Below are positions 13,865-22,843 of a stretch of 64,000 nt of DNA, piece after piece (the stretch's first letter is position 1; each line of letters opens with the position of its first letter). The translations under genes and the position numbers were made by a program. The stretch covers positions 66,207 to 130,206 of the forward strand of contig CAMTWZ010000006.1 in the NCBI GenBank assembly GCA_947085565.1, read 5' to 3'. Below the pieces are notes generated by a model, which worked only from the letters and a program-made list of their open reading frames with translations, was not told the DNA's origin and searched no databases. Origin of the DNA: an uncultured Bacteroidota bacterium (GTDB taxonomy: Bacteria; Bacteroidota; Rhodothermia; Balneolales; HLUCCA01).

Positions 13865-16768
13865 TCAGCGCGCCTGGGTCAGCTGGTTCCGGAAGTTCCG
13901 GAAGTTGTAGCTGAAGCTGACCATCGCAAAGCGGGTGAGCACTTGCGAGCGCACATCCTCGATGTAGCCGTCGTTCACGGTGCGCTGAACGCTGTTGTTC
14001 TGTCCCAGGATGTCGTACACCATGAGTTTGACTTCAGCGGCGTTGTTGGCCAGGAATTTGTACCCGACCGCCGCATTCCAGTAGATGGTGTTCTGGTTGA
14101 ACTCGTCGCCTAAGCCGGAGTAGTGGGTCACGTTCAAGTCCGAATTCAGCAGGAATTTTCCTTTCGGAAGAAAGTTGAAGCGGCCGAATGCGCGACCCGT
14201 GTAGTAATTGTTGTTCACACCCAGTGCCGCACCGTTTTCAACGATGGAATAGGTTCCGAAATAAGAGATGCTGAAATCCAGATTCGGGCTGATGTTGCTG
14301 TTCAGCGAGCTTCCGCCGGTGAGTCCGACCGTTTTCGACTCGGAACGCACGCCGTTATCGAGCGATGGTTGCATGGTGTAACTCAGGCCGCCGTTCAGAC
14401 TCATGTTGCTCTTGATGAATTTGACCGGACGCGTGTAGTTGCTGAAACTGCGGATGTTCCACGAATCGCCGATGTTGTCGGGTGAGGTGAAACGCGAGCC
14501 CGCTCCCATGGTGATTCCCGGACGGATGAGCGTATCACCCGTGGCGATGAACGTGCGGTTTCCGATGTAATCGGTGGTGTAGTTCACACTCAGCACACCG
14601 AACAGAAATGTCGCTTTCTGGATGTTGGCCTGCTGGTAACGCACCGACGCGCTATTGGTGATTTGCGGATCCAAGCCTTGGTTACCACCGCGCAGTTGCA
14701 ACGGATTGGTGTTATCGACCACATCCTGCAATTGGTTCGCCGTAGGCATACGCGTGTTCAAGCGGTAATCCACGTTCACGTTGGTTCCTGGCTTCAGCGT
14801 GTAGCGGAAAAACGCGCTCGGTAGAAGATGGTTGTACGTTTTGCGGGTATCCGTCACGTATGGATAGGTCTGTTCTCCGTTCAAATCGGTGAACTGATAG
14901 CTCAGGTTCGCATTCCAGTTGATTTTCTGGTCATTGAAACGGTAACCTACTTGCGCTCGCTGGGTGTGCGTGTAATTCACATAGCGGCTGGTGAGGTTGT
15001 TGTCGAGCACGGTCGGCGTGAAGGCGTCGCGGTCGGAACGGTTGCGGCTCAGACTCGGATTGTAGCCGACTTGCACCTGCGCTTTGGTGCCGATGGGTTC
15101 GGTGTACTGGAAATCCGCGCTCAGCGTGTAATCGTCGGAACGGATTTCGGTCAGCTGGTCGGTGACGGATGTCCGCGCCAATGCTCCGAGCGGAGTGAAG
15201 AACTCGCTCACCAGATCCTGATTCTGTTCACCGGTCGTGTTGTTCACATCGGTGCGCAGATTCAATGACAGGGTGCGGCCGCGTGTTTCAAAGCGGCGGC
15301 GGACCAAAACCGTGTTCGAAATGTCGTAAGTGAAGCTGTTATTCGTGCTGATGCCGCCGTTGCGGTTGATCAGCGCATTGGAAAGGTTTACGGTCTGTGA
15401 ATTCTCCACTGCGTTACGGTCTGAGCTCGAAAACCGGATGCGCGGGGTGATGATCATCGAATACACCGGATTGAAAGTATGTTCGATGCGTCCGTTGATG
15501 CGGTGGTTCAAGGCATCGGCGGTGCTGTTGGTGCGCTCCGAATACAGCTGATCGGAGTTGAACTCGTTCAGGAACTGGCGCTCCAACGATTGCGTGTTGG
15601 TGTTGTCGGACGCGTTGAAGAAGTAACTGGCATTGATGCTGGTCTTGTTGTCATTTAGACGGTCGATGTAGTTCAATCCGAGCGAATGGACCGTATTGAT
15701 TCCACTTTGCTGACCTGTCATGAAGTTCGACGATGCTCCGCCGCCGCCGCCCCATCTGCCACCGCCACCTCCACCGCCCATGCGGATCATCTGCATACCT
15801 GGGAATCCTCCACCGGTATTTCCACTGGCTTGAGTCACTCCGGAAAGATCGTCGCTCGAGAAGTTTTGCTGGTTCAGGTTGTTCGACATTCCGAGAAGGC
15901 TGATTCTTCGCGGACCATTGAAATAATTCGCGTTTCCGCTTCCCATGTATTTGCTGTCGGTTCCGGCGCTGAGATTGCCGCGGCCGAAGCGACCTACGTT
16001 CATTCCCGGACGGGAAATGATGTTCAAGGCACGGCTGACGTTTCCATCCCGGAATCCTGTGAAACGGGCCTGGTCGCTTTGCTGGTCGAACATTTCGACC
16101 TGACCGACCATGTCGGCCGGCAAATTGCGCAGCGTGAGAGCGGCGTCATCACCGAAGAATTCCTGTCCATCGACCAACACTCGGCGCACTTGCTCGCCTT
16201 GGGCTTGGATCTGCCCGTTTTCGACCGTGATGCCGGGAAGACGCTTCACCAAGTCTTCCGCAGTGGCATCGGGATTCAGTTTGATGCCGTCCGCATTGTA
16301 CACCACAGTATCGCCTTTGACTTCCACTTCGGCACGGAGTCCGGATACGGTGACTTCGTCCAATTTGAGCGGATCCACTTTCAAGAAGACGATGTTCCTG
16401 TTGAGGTCTTCGCGGCCGACGGTGATTTCGCGATTGACGGGCTGGTATCCGACAAAACTGACTCTCATCACATATTGCCCGGCGTTCACTCGGGTAAGTT
16501 CGAAACGTCCGTCAGGACCGGCCGTGGTGGCGCGAACCGGAGTGATCGTATCGCCTTTCGCATAGAGAATGACGTTGGCACCGTTCAATGCTTTCGGGCG
16601 TTGAGATGGGTCGGCCATGAATCGTTGAGCGAGCTCTTCGGGCGAGCCATCCGGTTGTTCCATCACGATGCCTCGGACGAAGACACCCTGTGAAAAAGCG
16701 GTTTGGGAGATGGATGATAAAAAGAGGACGAGAGCGAGTAAGGATAGGTGGCGCATAGAATTATTCAT
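13865..16768 (-). CDS. TonB-dependent-receptor-like outer membrane beta-barrel protein (carboxypeptidase-regulatory-like N-domain)
   Basis: Signal peptide, a CarboxypepD_reg-like stretch (VRGIVME..NGANVILY..GRFELTRVNAGQYVMRVSFVGY), a plug-like segment, and a long beta-barrel ending ..SFSYNFRNF region. The start is uncertain (16768 or 16756). Confidence 0.75.
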   Translation of the reverse strand: MNNSMRHLSLLALVLFLSSISQTAFSQGVFVRGIVMEQPDGSPEELAQRFMADPSQRPKALNGANVILYAKGDTITPVRATTAGPDGRFELTRVNAGQYVMRVSFVGYQPVNREITVGREDLNRNIVFLKVDPLKLDEVTVSGLRAEVEVKGDTVVYNADGIKLNPDATAEDLVKRLPGITVENGQIQAQGEQVRRVLVDGQEFFGDDAALTLRNLPADMVGQVEMFDQQSDQARFTGFRDGNVSRALNIISRPGMNVGRFGRGNLSAGTDSKYMGSGNANYFNGPRRISLLGMSNNLNQQNFSSDDLSGVTQASGNTGGGFPGMQMIRMGGGGGGGRWGGGGGASSNFMTGQQSGINTVHSLGLNYIDRLNDNKTSINASYFFNASDNTNTQSLERQFLNEFNSDQLYSERTNSTADALNHRINGRIEHTFNPVYSMIITPRIRFSSSDRNAVENSQTVNLSNALINRNGGISTNNSFTYDISNTVLVRRRFETRGRTLSLNLRTDVNNTTGEQNQDLVSEFFTPLGALARTSVTDQLTEIRSDDYTLSADFQYTEPIGTKAQVQVGYNPSLSRNRSDRDAFTPTVLDNNLTSRYVNYTHTQRAQVGYRFNDQKINWNANLSYQFTDLNGEQTYPYVTDTRKTYNHLLPSAFFRYTLKPGTNVNVDYRLNTRMPTANQLQDVVDNTNPLQLRGGNQGLDPQITNSASVRYQQANIQKATFLFGVLSVNYTTDYIGNRTFIATGDTLIRPGITMGAGSRFTSPDNIGDSWNIRSFSNYTRPVKFIKSNMSLNGGLSYTMQPSLDNGVRSESKTVGLTGGSSLNSNISPNLDFSISYFGTYSIVENGAALGVNNNYYTGRAFGRFNFLPKGKFLLNSDLNVTHYSGLGDEFNQNTIYWNAAVGYKFLANNAAEVKLMVYDILGQNNSVQRTVNDGYIEDVRSQVLTRFAMVSFSYNFRNFRNQLTQAR

Positions 16769-16843
16769 GTGTCGTAAGCACGTAAGACGCATGAAGAAAC
16801 GAATTCGTTGTGTAATCGTTCGGCGCTTTACATCCTTTTATAT

Positions 16844-18577
16844 TTACGACACTCCGAGATCGCTCATGATCGCCCCGATTTTCTTGTCCAAATCCGCTGA
16901 AACACGTTCAAAATCGGCTCGGGATGCGAGATCGGCGCGTACGCTGCAATAGAACTTGATCTTGGGTTCGGTGCCCGACGGACGCGCGCTAATCACGCTT
17001 CCATCACTCAAAATGAACTGAAGCACGTCGGATGCGGGCAAATCAGTGCTCGAGATGGCGCCGGTGGGCATGTCGCGCGAAGTACGGGCCGTGTAATCTT
17101 TGAGGATGGACACGCTCACACCGCCCAACATCGTCGGTGTCGTTTCGCGGAAGCCCTCCATCATGGCAGCGATCTCTTCGGCGCCGGCTTTGCCTTTCTT
17201 GGTGATGGAAATCAGTTTCTCTTTGTAGAAGCCGTAATTCACATACAGGTCGAGCAAGCCGTCGAACAGCGTGCGGCCTTGGTCTTTGTACCAGGCGGCC
17301 ATTTCAGCGATCATGGCGCAGGCGATCACCGCGTCTTTGTCGCGCGCATGTTCGCCCACCAGGTAGCCGTAGCTTTCCTCGCCACCCACCACAAAGGTTT
17401 TGTGGCCTTGGTTGGCGGTCATCATCGCACCTATGAATTTGAATCCGGTGAGCACGTTCGGGCAGGGGACATTGAATGATGCCGCGATTTCGTCCATCAG
17501 ATTCGATGTGACGATGGTTTTCACCACATATTGGTTGCCGTTGAGTTTTCCGGCGTCTTTCCAGGCCTGAAGCACATAATGCATGAGCAGGCTGCCGGTC
17601 TGGTTGCCATTGAGCAAGATCCACTCACCGTGGTTGTCTTTGACGGCGATGCCCACGCGATCGGCATCGGGATCGGTAGCCATGACCAGGTCCGCATCCG
17701 TCTCTTTGGCTTTCTTCAACGCCAAGGTGAGCGCTTCGTGCTCTTCCGGATTGGGATAGACCACGGTCGGGAAGTTGCCGTCCATGGTGCATTGCTCATC
17801 GACCAGGATCACATTCGTGAAACCGTATGCTTTCAGCGCGGGCGGGACGGATGGAAACCCGGTGCCATGGATAGGGGAGAACACGATTTTCAGATCGTGC
17901 TGGCGCTTGATGGCGGCCCGGGAAATGGATTCCTTGGCGATGCGGGAAATGTACTTGGTGTCCATCTCCACGCCGACGGGATGGATCAGCGAGGCGTCGC
18001 GCGTCCATTTCACATCGCTTACGCTCGAAATCTTGGCCACTTCGGCGACCACGTTCTTGTCATGCGGGGAGATGAGCTGTCCGCCATCGTTCCAGTAGGC
18101 TTTGTAACCGGAATATTCCTTCGGGTTGTGGGATGCGGTAAGCATCACGCCGCTGTGGCAACCCAGTTCGCGGATGGCATAGGACAGTTGCGGAGTCGGG
18201 CGCAGCTCATCGAACAGATGCACTTGGATGCCGTTGGCGCTGAACACATCAGCCACGATATTGGCGAAAGTGTTCGCGTTGTTGCGCGAATCGTGGGCGA
18301 TGGCAACCTTGATCTGAACGCCGGGAAAGCTCTGTTTGAGGTAGTTGCTCAGCCCTTGAGTAGCCATACCCAGCGTGTAGCGGTTGATGCGGTTCGACCC
18401 GACGCCCATAATCCCACGCAGGCCACCGGTGCCGAATTCAAGGTCGCGGTAGAACGCGTCGGTGAGGTCGGTCCATGCCTCACGGGCGATCAGTGTGCGG
18501 ATTTCCTGCTTCGTGGCTTCGTCGTAAGCGCCGTTGAGCCATTGGTCGATCTTGGCTTGGGTGGTAGGGTCTAACAT
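16844..18577 (-). CDS. phosphoglucomutase/phosphomannomutase family phospho-sugar mutase
   Basis: Active-site TASHNPKEYSGYK, metal loop ATDPDADR, and sugar-binding GGEESYG. Confidence 0.9.
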   Translation of the reverse strand: MLDPTTQAKIDQWLNGAYDEATKQEIRTLIAREAWTDLTDAFYRDLEFGTGGLRGIMGVGSNRINRYTLGMATQGLSNYLKQSFPGVQIKVAIAHDSRNNANTFANIVADVFSANGIQVHLFDELRPTPQLSYAIRELGCHSGVMLTASHNPKEYSGYKAYWNDGGQLISPHDKNVVAEVAKISSVSDVKWTRDASLIHPVGVEMDTKYISRIAKESISRAAIKRQHDLKIVFSPIHGTGFPSVPPALKAYGFTNVILVDEQCTMDGNFPTVVYPNPEEHEALTLALKKAKETDADLVMATDPDADRVGIAVKDNHGEWILLNGNQTGSLLMHYVLQAWKDAGKLNGNQYVVKTIVTSNLMDEIAASFNVPCPNVLTGFKFIGAMMTANQGHKTFVVGGEESYGYLVGEHARDKDAVIACAMIAEMAAWYKDQGRTLFDGLLDLYVNYGFYKEKLISITKKGKAGAEEIAAMMEGFRETTPTMLGGVSVSILKDYTARTSRDMPTGAISSTDLPASDVLQFILSDGSVISARPSGTEPKIKFYCSVRADLASRADFERVSADLDKKIGAIMSDLGVS

Positions 18578-18709
18578 GATGGTAGTTAGTAGCTGGTAGT
18601 TGGTAATTAGTAGTTAGTAGTTGGTTGTTGGTTGTTGTTTGTTGTGGTTTCGAATTTCAGATTCCACCCATCTGTACCACAAACAACTAACCACAAACAA
18701 CTAACTACC
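18578..18709. repeat. low-complexity inverted array pair forming an imperfect long hairpin (no cargo gene)
   Basis: The left side is 7-8-nt units (ggtagtta, ggtagtt, ggttgtt ...) running to gttgtttgttgtggt. A 27-nt loop follows, then the right arm accacaaacaactaaccacaaacaactaactacc. The pair spans from the pgm start codon to the stop codon of the GH47-like gene. Confidence 0.8.
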
Positions 18710-19640
18710 TTTTAAACGGATGCGCCCCTGCGCTGAAGACCACATCCATCGGTGTGTAAGCGGGTTTGTCTGTGAACAGGAGGTAAAGATACTTCATGGT
18801 CTCGGCAAAGAAAACGTCTGTGGGTTCGATGGGGACGGATTTCCAGAACTCCACCCCAAGTTTTCGATAGGATTCATCGCCTGTGTACACGTGCAGATAC
18901 CACATCGACTTGATGTCCTTTTTATCAAACAGGCGTTCGCCCGCATCCACCTTTCCCGACAGAGCGAGTAGTCCGGCGTAGGCCGCATCCTGAATCAGGC
19001 GATCGCTCATCTGAACATCCCACTTGCGTTTGAGTTCGTCGTCACCGAAGAGCAGCCAGGCTTTGTAGAGAGATTCGGGGTCCATTCGTGGATCGGCGGT
19101 GGTAGCATCGAATGCGGCTTGATAGTATGCCGGATTTCCTGTGAAGCGGCTGAGCATGCCGAATTCGATCAGGGAGGAGCTGTTTCGAGTGCCACTTTCG
19201 GTGGACCCGCGAATTTCGCCGGTGGCCAGATTGATTTCCTTTGCCGGCAGACCGGATGCGGTAGCAAAAGCGGGAAGCAGGCGGTCGCCCAGATCACGCG
19301 CTTTTTCGAGAATCGCCGGGTTCTCGGTCGAGTCGTAGATGCTCAGCAATCCGCCAAGCACTTTGGTGATGGTCTCCCCGGTGCTCACGAAGCCATCGTG
19401 ATCGAACGAGGCGGATTCGGCGATGAAGGTTTCTATGGCGTCGGCTTCCGCATCGAAATTCATCATCCGCAATGTGGAATAAGCGCCGAGCATGATGGAA
19501 TAAGTGGAATCGGCATGGCTCTGGGCTTTCCAAGAACGGAGGGTTTCGGATCGGACCTCACGGGCCAGGTCGCGGTACTCGGAACGGTTGCACGATACGA
19601 CGGCAACGAGAAGAATGAGGGGCATGAGGAATGTGCGCAT
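18705..19640 (-). CDS. GH47 (class I alpha-mannosidase)-like lipoprotein, shortened and probably catalytically degenerate
   Basis: ETITKVLGGLLSIY, LGDRLLPAF and FFAETMKYLYLLF match hallmark GH47 blocks, and there is a lipobox VVSC. It is only 311 aa, and the C-terminal FNTEAHP block reads FSAGAHP. Confidence 0.55.
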   Translation of the reverse strand: MRTFLMPLILLVAVVSCNRSEYRDLAREVRSETLRSWKAQSHADSTYSIMLGAYSTLRMMNFDAEADAIETFIAESASFDHDGFVSTGETITKVLGGLLSIYDSTENPAILEKARDLGDRLLPAFATASGLPAKEINLATGEIRGSTESGTRNSSSLIEFGMLSRFTGNPAYYQAAFDATTADPRMDPESLYKAWLLFGDDELKRKWDVQMSDRLIQDAAYAGLLALSGKVDAGERLFDKKDIKSMWYLHVYTGDESYRKLGVEFWKSVPIEPTDVFFAETMKYLYLLFTDKPAYTPMDVVFSAGAHPFKR

Positions 19641-19774
19641 CTTTCAAGGTACGAAGGTCGGAATGCCGGCGCGACAGTAAATAATTCAGCGCATCAAGAT
19701 TAATAAAAACAAGTGATTAAATCATACGCATGGGTTGCGGAAAGTGATTTCATGAACTAAAAAAGCGCTTCCTA

Positions 19775-19804
19775 TTGACAAGTTCATGGCGAAAATGATA
19801 TAAT
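19775..19804 (+). promoter_or_regulatory. sigma70-like promoter TTGACA-18nt-TATAAT upstream of the TonB-dependent receptor
   Basis: Perfect hexamers at 19775-19780 and 19799-19804. The -35 is flanked by the 8-bp inverted repeat catgaact (19751-58) / agttcatg (19781-88). Confidence 0.45.
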
Positions 19805-19897
19805 GCCCGTGAATTAGTCAATCATTTTGATTTAATAAGAACGCCCCCCCCACGCCGGGTGGCCAACAGCCAAATCAGTCAGGACATGGTGCAAACG

Positions 19898-22825
19898 ATG
19901 AATATGAACAGAACCTCTTTGGAAGCGCTTCGAATCAGAATGGGCGCACTGGTCTTGATGATGTTCTTCGTTGCGGGATCGGTATTCGCCCAAGGCACGG
20001 CCCGGGTTATTGGAAAGGTGCTTGAAAAAGGTTCTAACGAGCCATTGATCGGCGCGAATCTCATTTTTGAGGGGACATCGATCGGAGCCGTTGCCGATCT
20101 GTCCGGATCGTACGCGATCAACGGAGTTCCAGCGGGCCGACGCACACTTGTGGTCTCTTACATCGGTTATAAGACTGTGGATGTTCAAGTGAATCTCACC
20201 GCCGGACAGGTTCTTGTCCTGAATGTGGAATTGGAATGGCAGGGTGTGGTGGGAAGCGATGTGATCGTGACCGCCCAAGCGCGTGGACAGCTCAGCGCCA
20301 TCAACCAGCAACGTACGTCGAACACCATATCGAACATTGTGTCGTCGGATAGGATTCAGGAGATTCCGGATGTGAACGCGGCGGAGTCTGTAGGACGCCT
20401 TCCTGGGATTTCCATCCAGCGTTCGGGTGGGGAAGCCAACCGGATCGCCATCCGCGGTCTTTCCCCGAAATACAATACCGTGACGGTGAACGGAGTCCGG
20501 GTTCCATCCACCGGAGATAACGACCGAAGCGTGGATCTGTCGCTGGTGTCGTCGAACATGCTTGATGGGATCGAGGTCACCAAAGCGCTCACGCCCGACA
20601 AAGACGCGGATGCGCTGGGTGGATCGGTTGATCTCCGTTTACGTAACGCGCCAAACAAGATGCTTGTCGATTTGCAGATGCAAGGAGGGTTCACCGCTCT
20701 CCAGAATTCGTACGACAACTATAAAATAGTCGGGACCCTGAGCAACCGCTTCCTGACCGGGAAGAAACTCGGAGCGATTCTCACCTTGAACGCTGACAGT
20801 TACAACCGTTCGGCCGACCAGTTCTCCGGCGGTTACGAATTATTCGCCAATCCTCAGAACAACAATGCTCTCGAGCCGACCGTGACGAGCTTGAACTTTC
20901 AGGAAAACGCGGTGCGCCGCAGTCGTTTCGGAGGCAGCATGCTCGTCGATTATCAGATTCCGAAAGGTCGCATCACGGGCAATGCCTTTCATAACGAGTT
21001 GGTCAACGACTGGACCCAACGCCGGAACGGCTTGGAATTGAGCAACATCCGTCACATGTATGCTTTCTCAGACAACTATACGACGACATCGATCACCACC
21101 TTGGGGTTGGGAGCTGAGCAGAAGTTCCGTTGGATCGAGTATGATCTGAGTGTGTCGAATGTGAATTCGAGCAACAAAGCCCCGGAAAATTTCACATGGG
21201 ATTTCATGGAGGAGAGCGCATCGCCATCTCCGACGGCCATGAGGTTCATCTCGCCGGACTCTGTGGTCACCCGCTTTTACAACAACATCGACAACACCTT
21301 CTTCAACAACCTCGAGGTGAATTCTTTCAAGACGAAAGAAGCGGAGATCACCTTCCAGGGGAATGTGAAAGTGCCTTTTCGATTCGGATTCCTGACCGGA
21401 TATGTGAAAGCGGGAGGGAAGCTTTATGAGAAGAATCGCGAGTACGACCGCGAATCGTACGGTATCGGACTCTACTACGGCGGAAGCATGGCGTTGAGGA
21501 ACATCATCGCAACGGAATTGCCGGAATTAGGTCTCACCACGAACATGAACCGCTTCGGTCTGGCCTACTTCCAAGACGATTACACCCGCCGCAATTTCCT
21601 GAACGGCCAGTATCCGCTTGGATACACGCTCGATGCGGCCAAGTTGAGGAAAGTCACCGATGTCGCACGTCCGTACATGAATTACTCGGGTCAGAATTCT
21701 CTGGGGAATGATTATGATGGTTTCGAGCGGATCACCGCGGGTTATGCGATGACTCAGATCAACTTGGGTAAGTATTTGACCTTCATGCCGGGTTTCAGAT
21801 ATGAAGAGGAGCATACACGGTATAATGCGAAATTTGTCTTGGGAGCGGAAGATCGGCCGGCGCAGTTTGCCGTCAACTACAAAGACACCTCCACCACCCG
21901 CCGAAATTCATTCCTCCTTCCGATGGTGCATCTGCAGATTAAGCCGACAGAATGGCTGAATCTGCGTTTGGCCTATACCGAGAGCATCACGCGTCCGGAT
22001 TACCGCCAATTCGCCCCGATCACCTATGTGTCGCAGTTCCGCGATTGGGCAACCGCACCCAACACAGGTCTTAAAACCGCGAACGCGCGTAACTATGACG
22101 CTTCGTTGTCGATCTACAACAATCATGTGGGCTTTTTCACGGTCTCCGCATTCTACAAGGAGATGGACAACATGATCTGGGGCGTGAGTTTCCCGCTGCT
22201 TCGGAATCAGACCATATTGCCAGAAATTAACATTCCCGGACTCACGGGCGTGCCTCGCATCAACACGTCTCTGAACAACAAGTATCTTGCCACGGTGAAG
22301 GGAATCGAGTTCGATTGGCAGACGAGTTTCTGGTACTTGCCTTCCGTTCTCAAAGGTTTGGTTCTGAACGTGAACTACACGCTGTTGGAGTCGGAAACGA
22401 AGTACCCGCAATTCTATACGGTATTGCAACCGATTGTACCGCGGCCGGCTCGTCCGCCGTTCACTCGAACCGTCATCGTCGATACTTTCCGAGTGGGACG
22501 GATGTTCGATCAACCGAGCAACATCGCCAACATGACGCTTGGCTATGATTTCAAAGGATTCTCCGCACGATTGAGCTACCTCTTCCAAGCCGATGTGCTT
22601 CGTGGGTTGGCCTCGGATCCGCAAGGAGACACCTTCACTGCCGATTACTTCCGTTGGGATCTGGCTTTGAAACAGAAGCTGCCGATGAACTTCCAGGTCT
22701 ATGCCAACTTCAACAATCTGAACAACCGTGCCGACCGGAATTTCCAGTCGTCGATAGGCGCCTACCCGACTTTCGTAGAATACTATGGATTCACGATGGA
22801 CCTTGGCGTGAGATACACCTTTTAG
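19898..22825 (+). CDS. TonB-dependent receptor (carbohydrate-type, not SusC-like)
   Basis: CarboxypepD_reg N-domain, a plug (AAESVGRLPGISIQRSGGEANRIAIRGLSPKYN), and a barrel ending GVRYTF. The start is uncertain (19898/19904/19859). Confidence 0.9.
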   Translation: MNMNRTSLEALRIRMGALVLMMFFVAGSVFAQGTARVIGKVLEKGSNEPLIGANLIFEGTSIGAVADLSGSYAINGVPAGRRTLVVSYIGYKTVDVQVNLTAGQVLVLNVELEWQGVVGSDVIVTAQARGQLSAINQQRTSNTISNIVSSDRIQEIPDVNAAESVGRLPGISIQRSGGEANRIAIRGLSPKYNTVTVNGVRVPSTGDNDRSVDLSLVSSNMLDGIEVTKALTPDKDADALGGSVDLRLRNAPNKMLVDLQMQGGFTALQNSYDNYKIVGTLSNRFLTGKKLGAILTLNADSYNRSADQFSGGYELFANPQNNNALEPTVTSLNFQENAVRRSRFGGSMLVDYQIPKGRITGNAFHNELVNDWTQRRNGLELSNIRHMYAFSDNYTTTSITTLGLGAEQKFRWIEYDLSVSNVNSSNKAPENFTWDFMEESASPSPTAMRFISPDSVVTRFYNNIDNTFFNNLEVNSFKTKEAEITFQGNVKVPFRFGFLTGYVKAGGKLYEKNREYDRESYGIGLYYGGSMALRNIIATELPELGLTTNMNRFGLAYFQDDYTRRNFLNGQYPLGYTLDAAKLRKVTDVARPYMNYSGQNSLGNDYDGFERITAGYAMTQINLGKYLTFMPGFRYEEEHTRYNAKFVLGAEDRPAQFAVNYKDTSTTRRNSFLLPMVHLQIKPTEWLNLRLAYTESITRPDYRQFAPITYVSQFRDWATAPNTGLKTANARNYDASLSIYNNHVGFFTVSAFYKEMDNMIWGVSFPLLRNQTILPEINIPGLTGVPRINTSLNNKYLATVKGIEFDWQTSFWYLPSVLKGLVLNVNYTLLESETKYPQFYTVLQPIVPRPARPPFTRTVIVDTFRVGRMFDQPSNIANMTLGYDFKGFSARLSYLFQADVLRGLASDPQGDTFTADYFRWDLALKQKLPMNFQVYANFNNLNNRADRNFQSSIGAYPTFVEYYGFTMDLGVRYTF

Positions 22826-22843
22826 CTACCCTAACAACCACCA

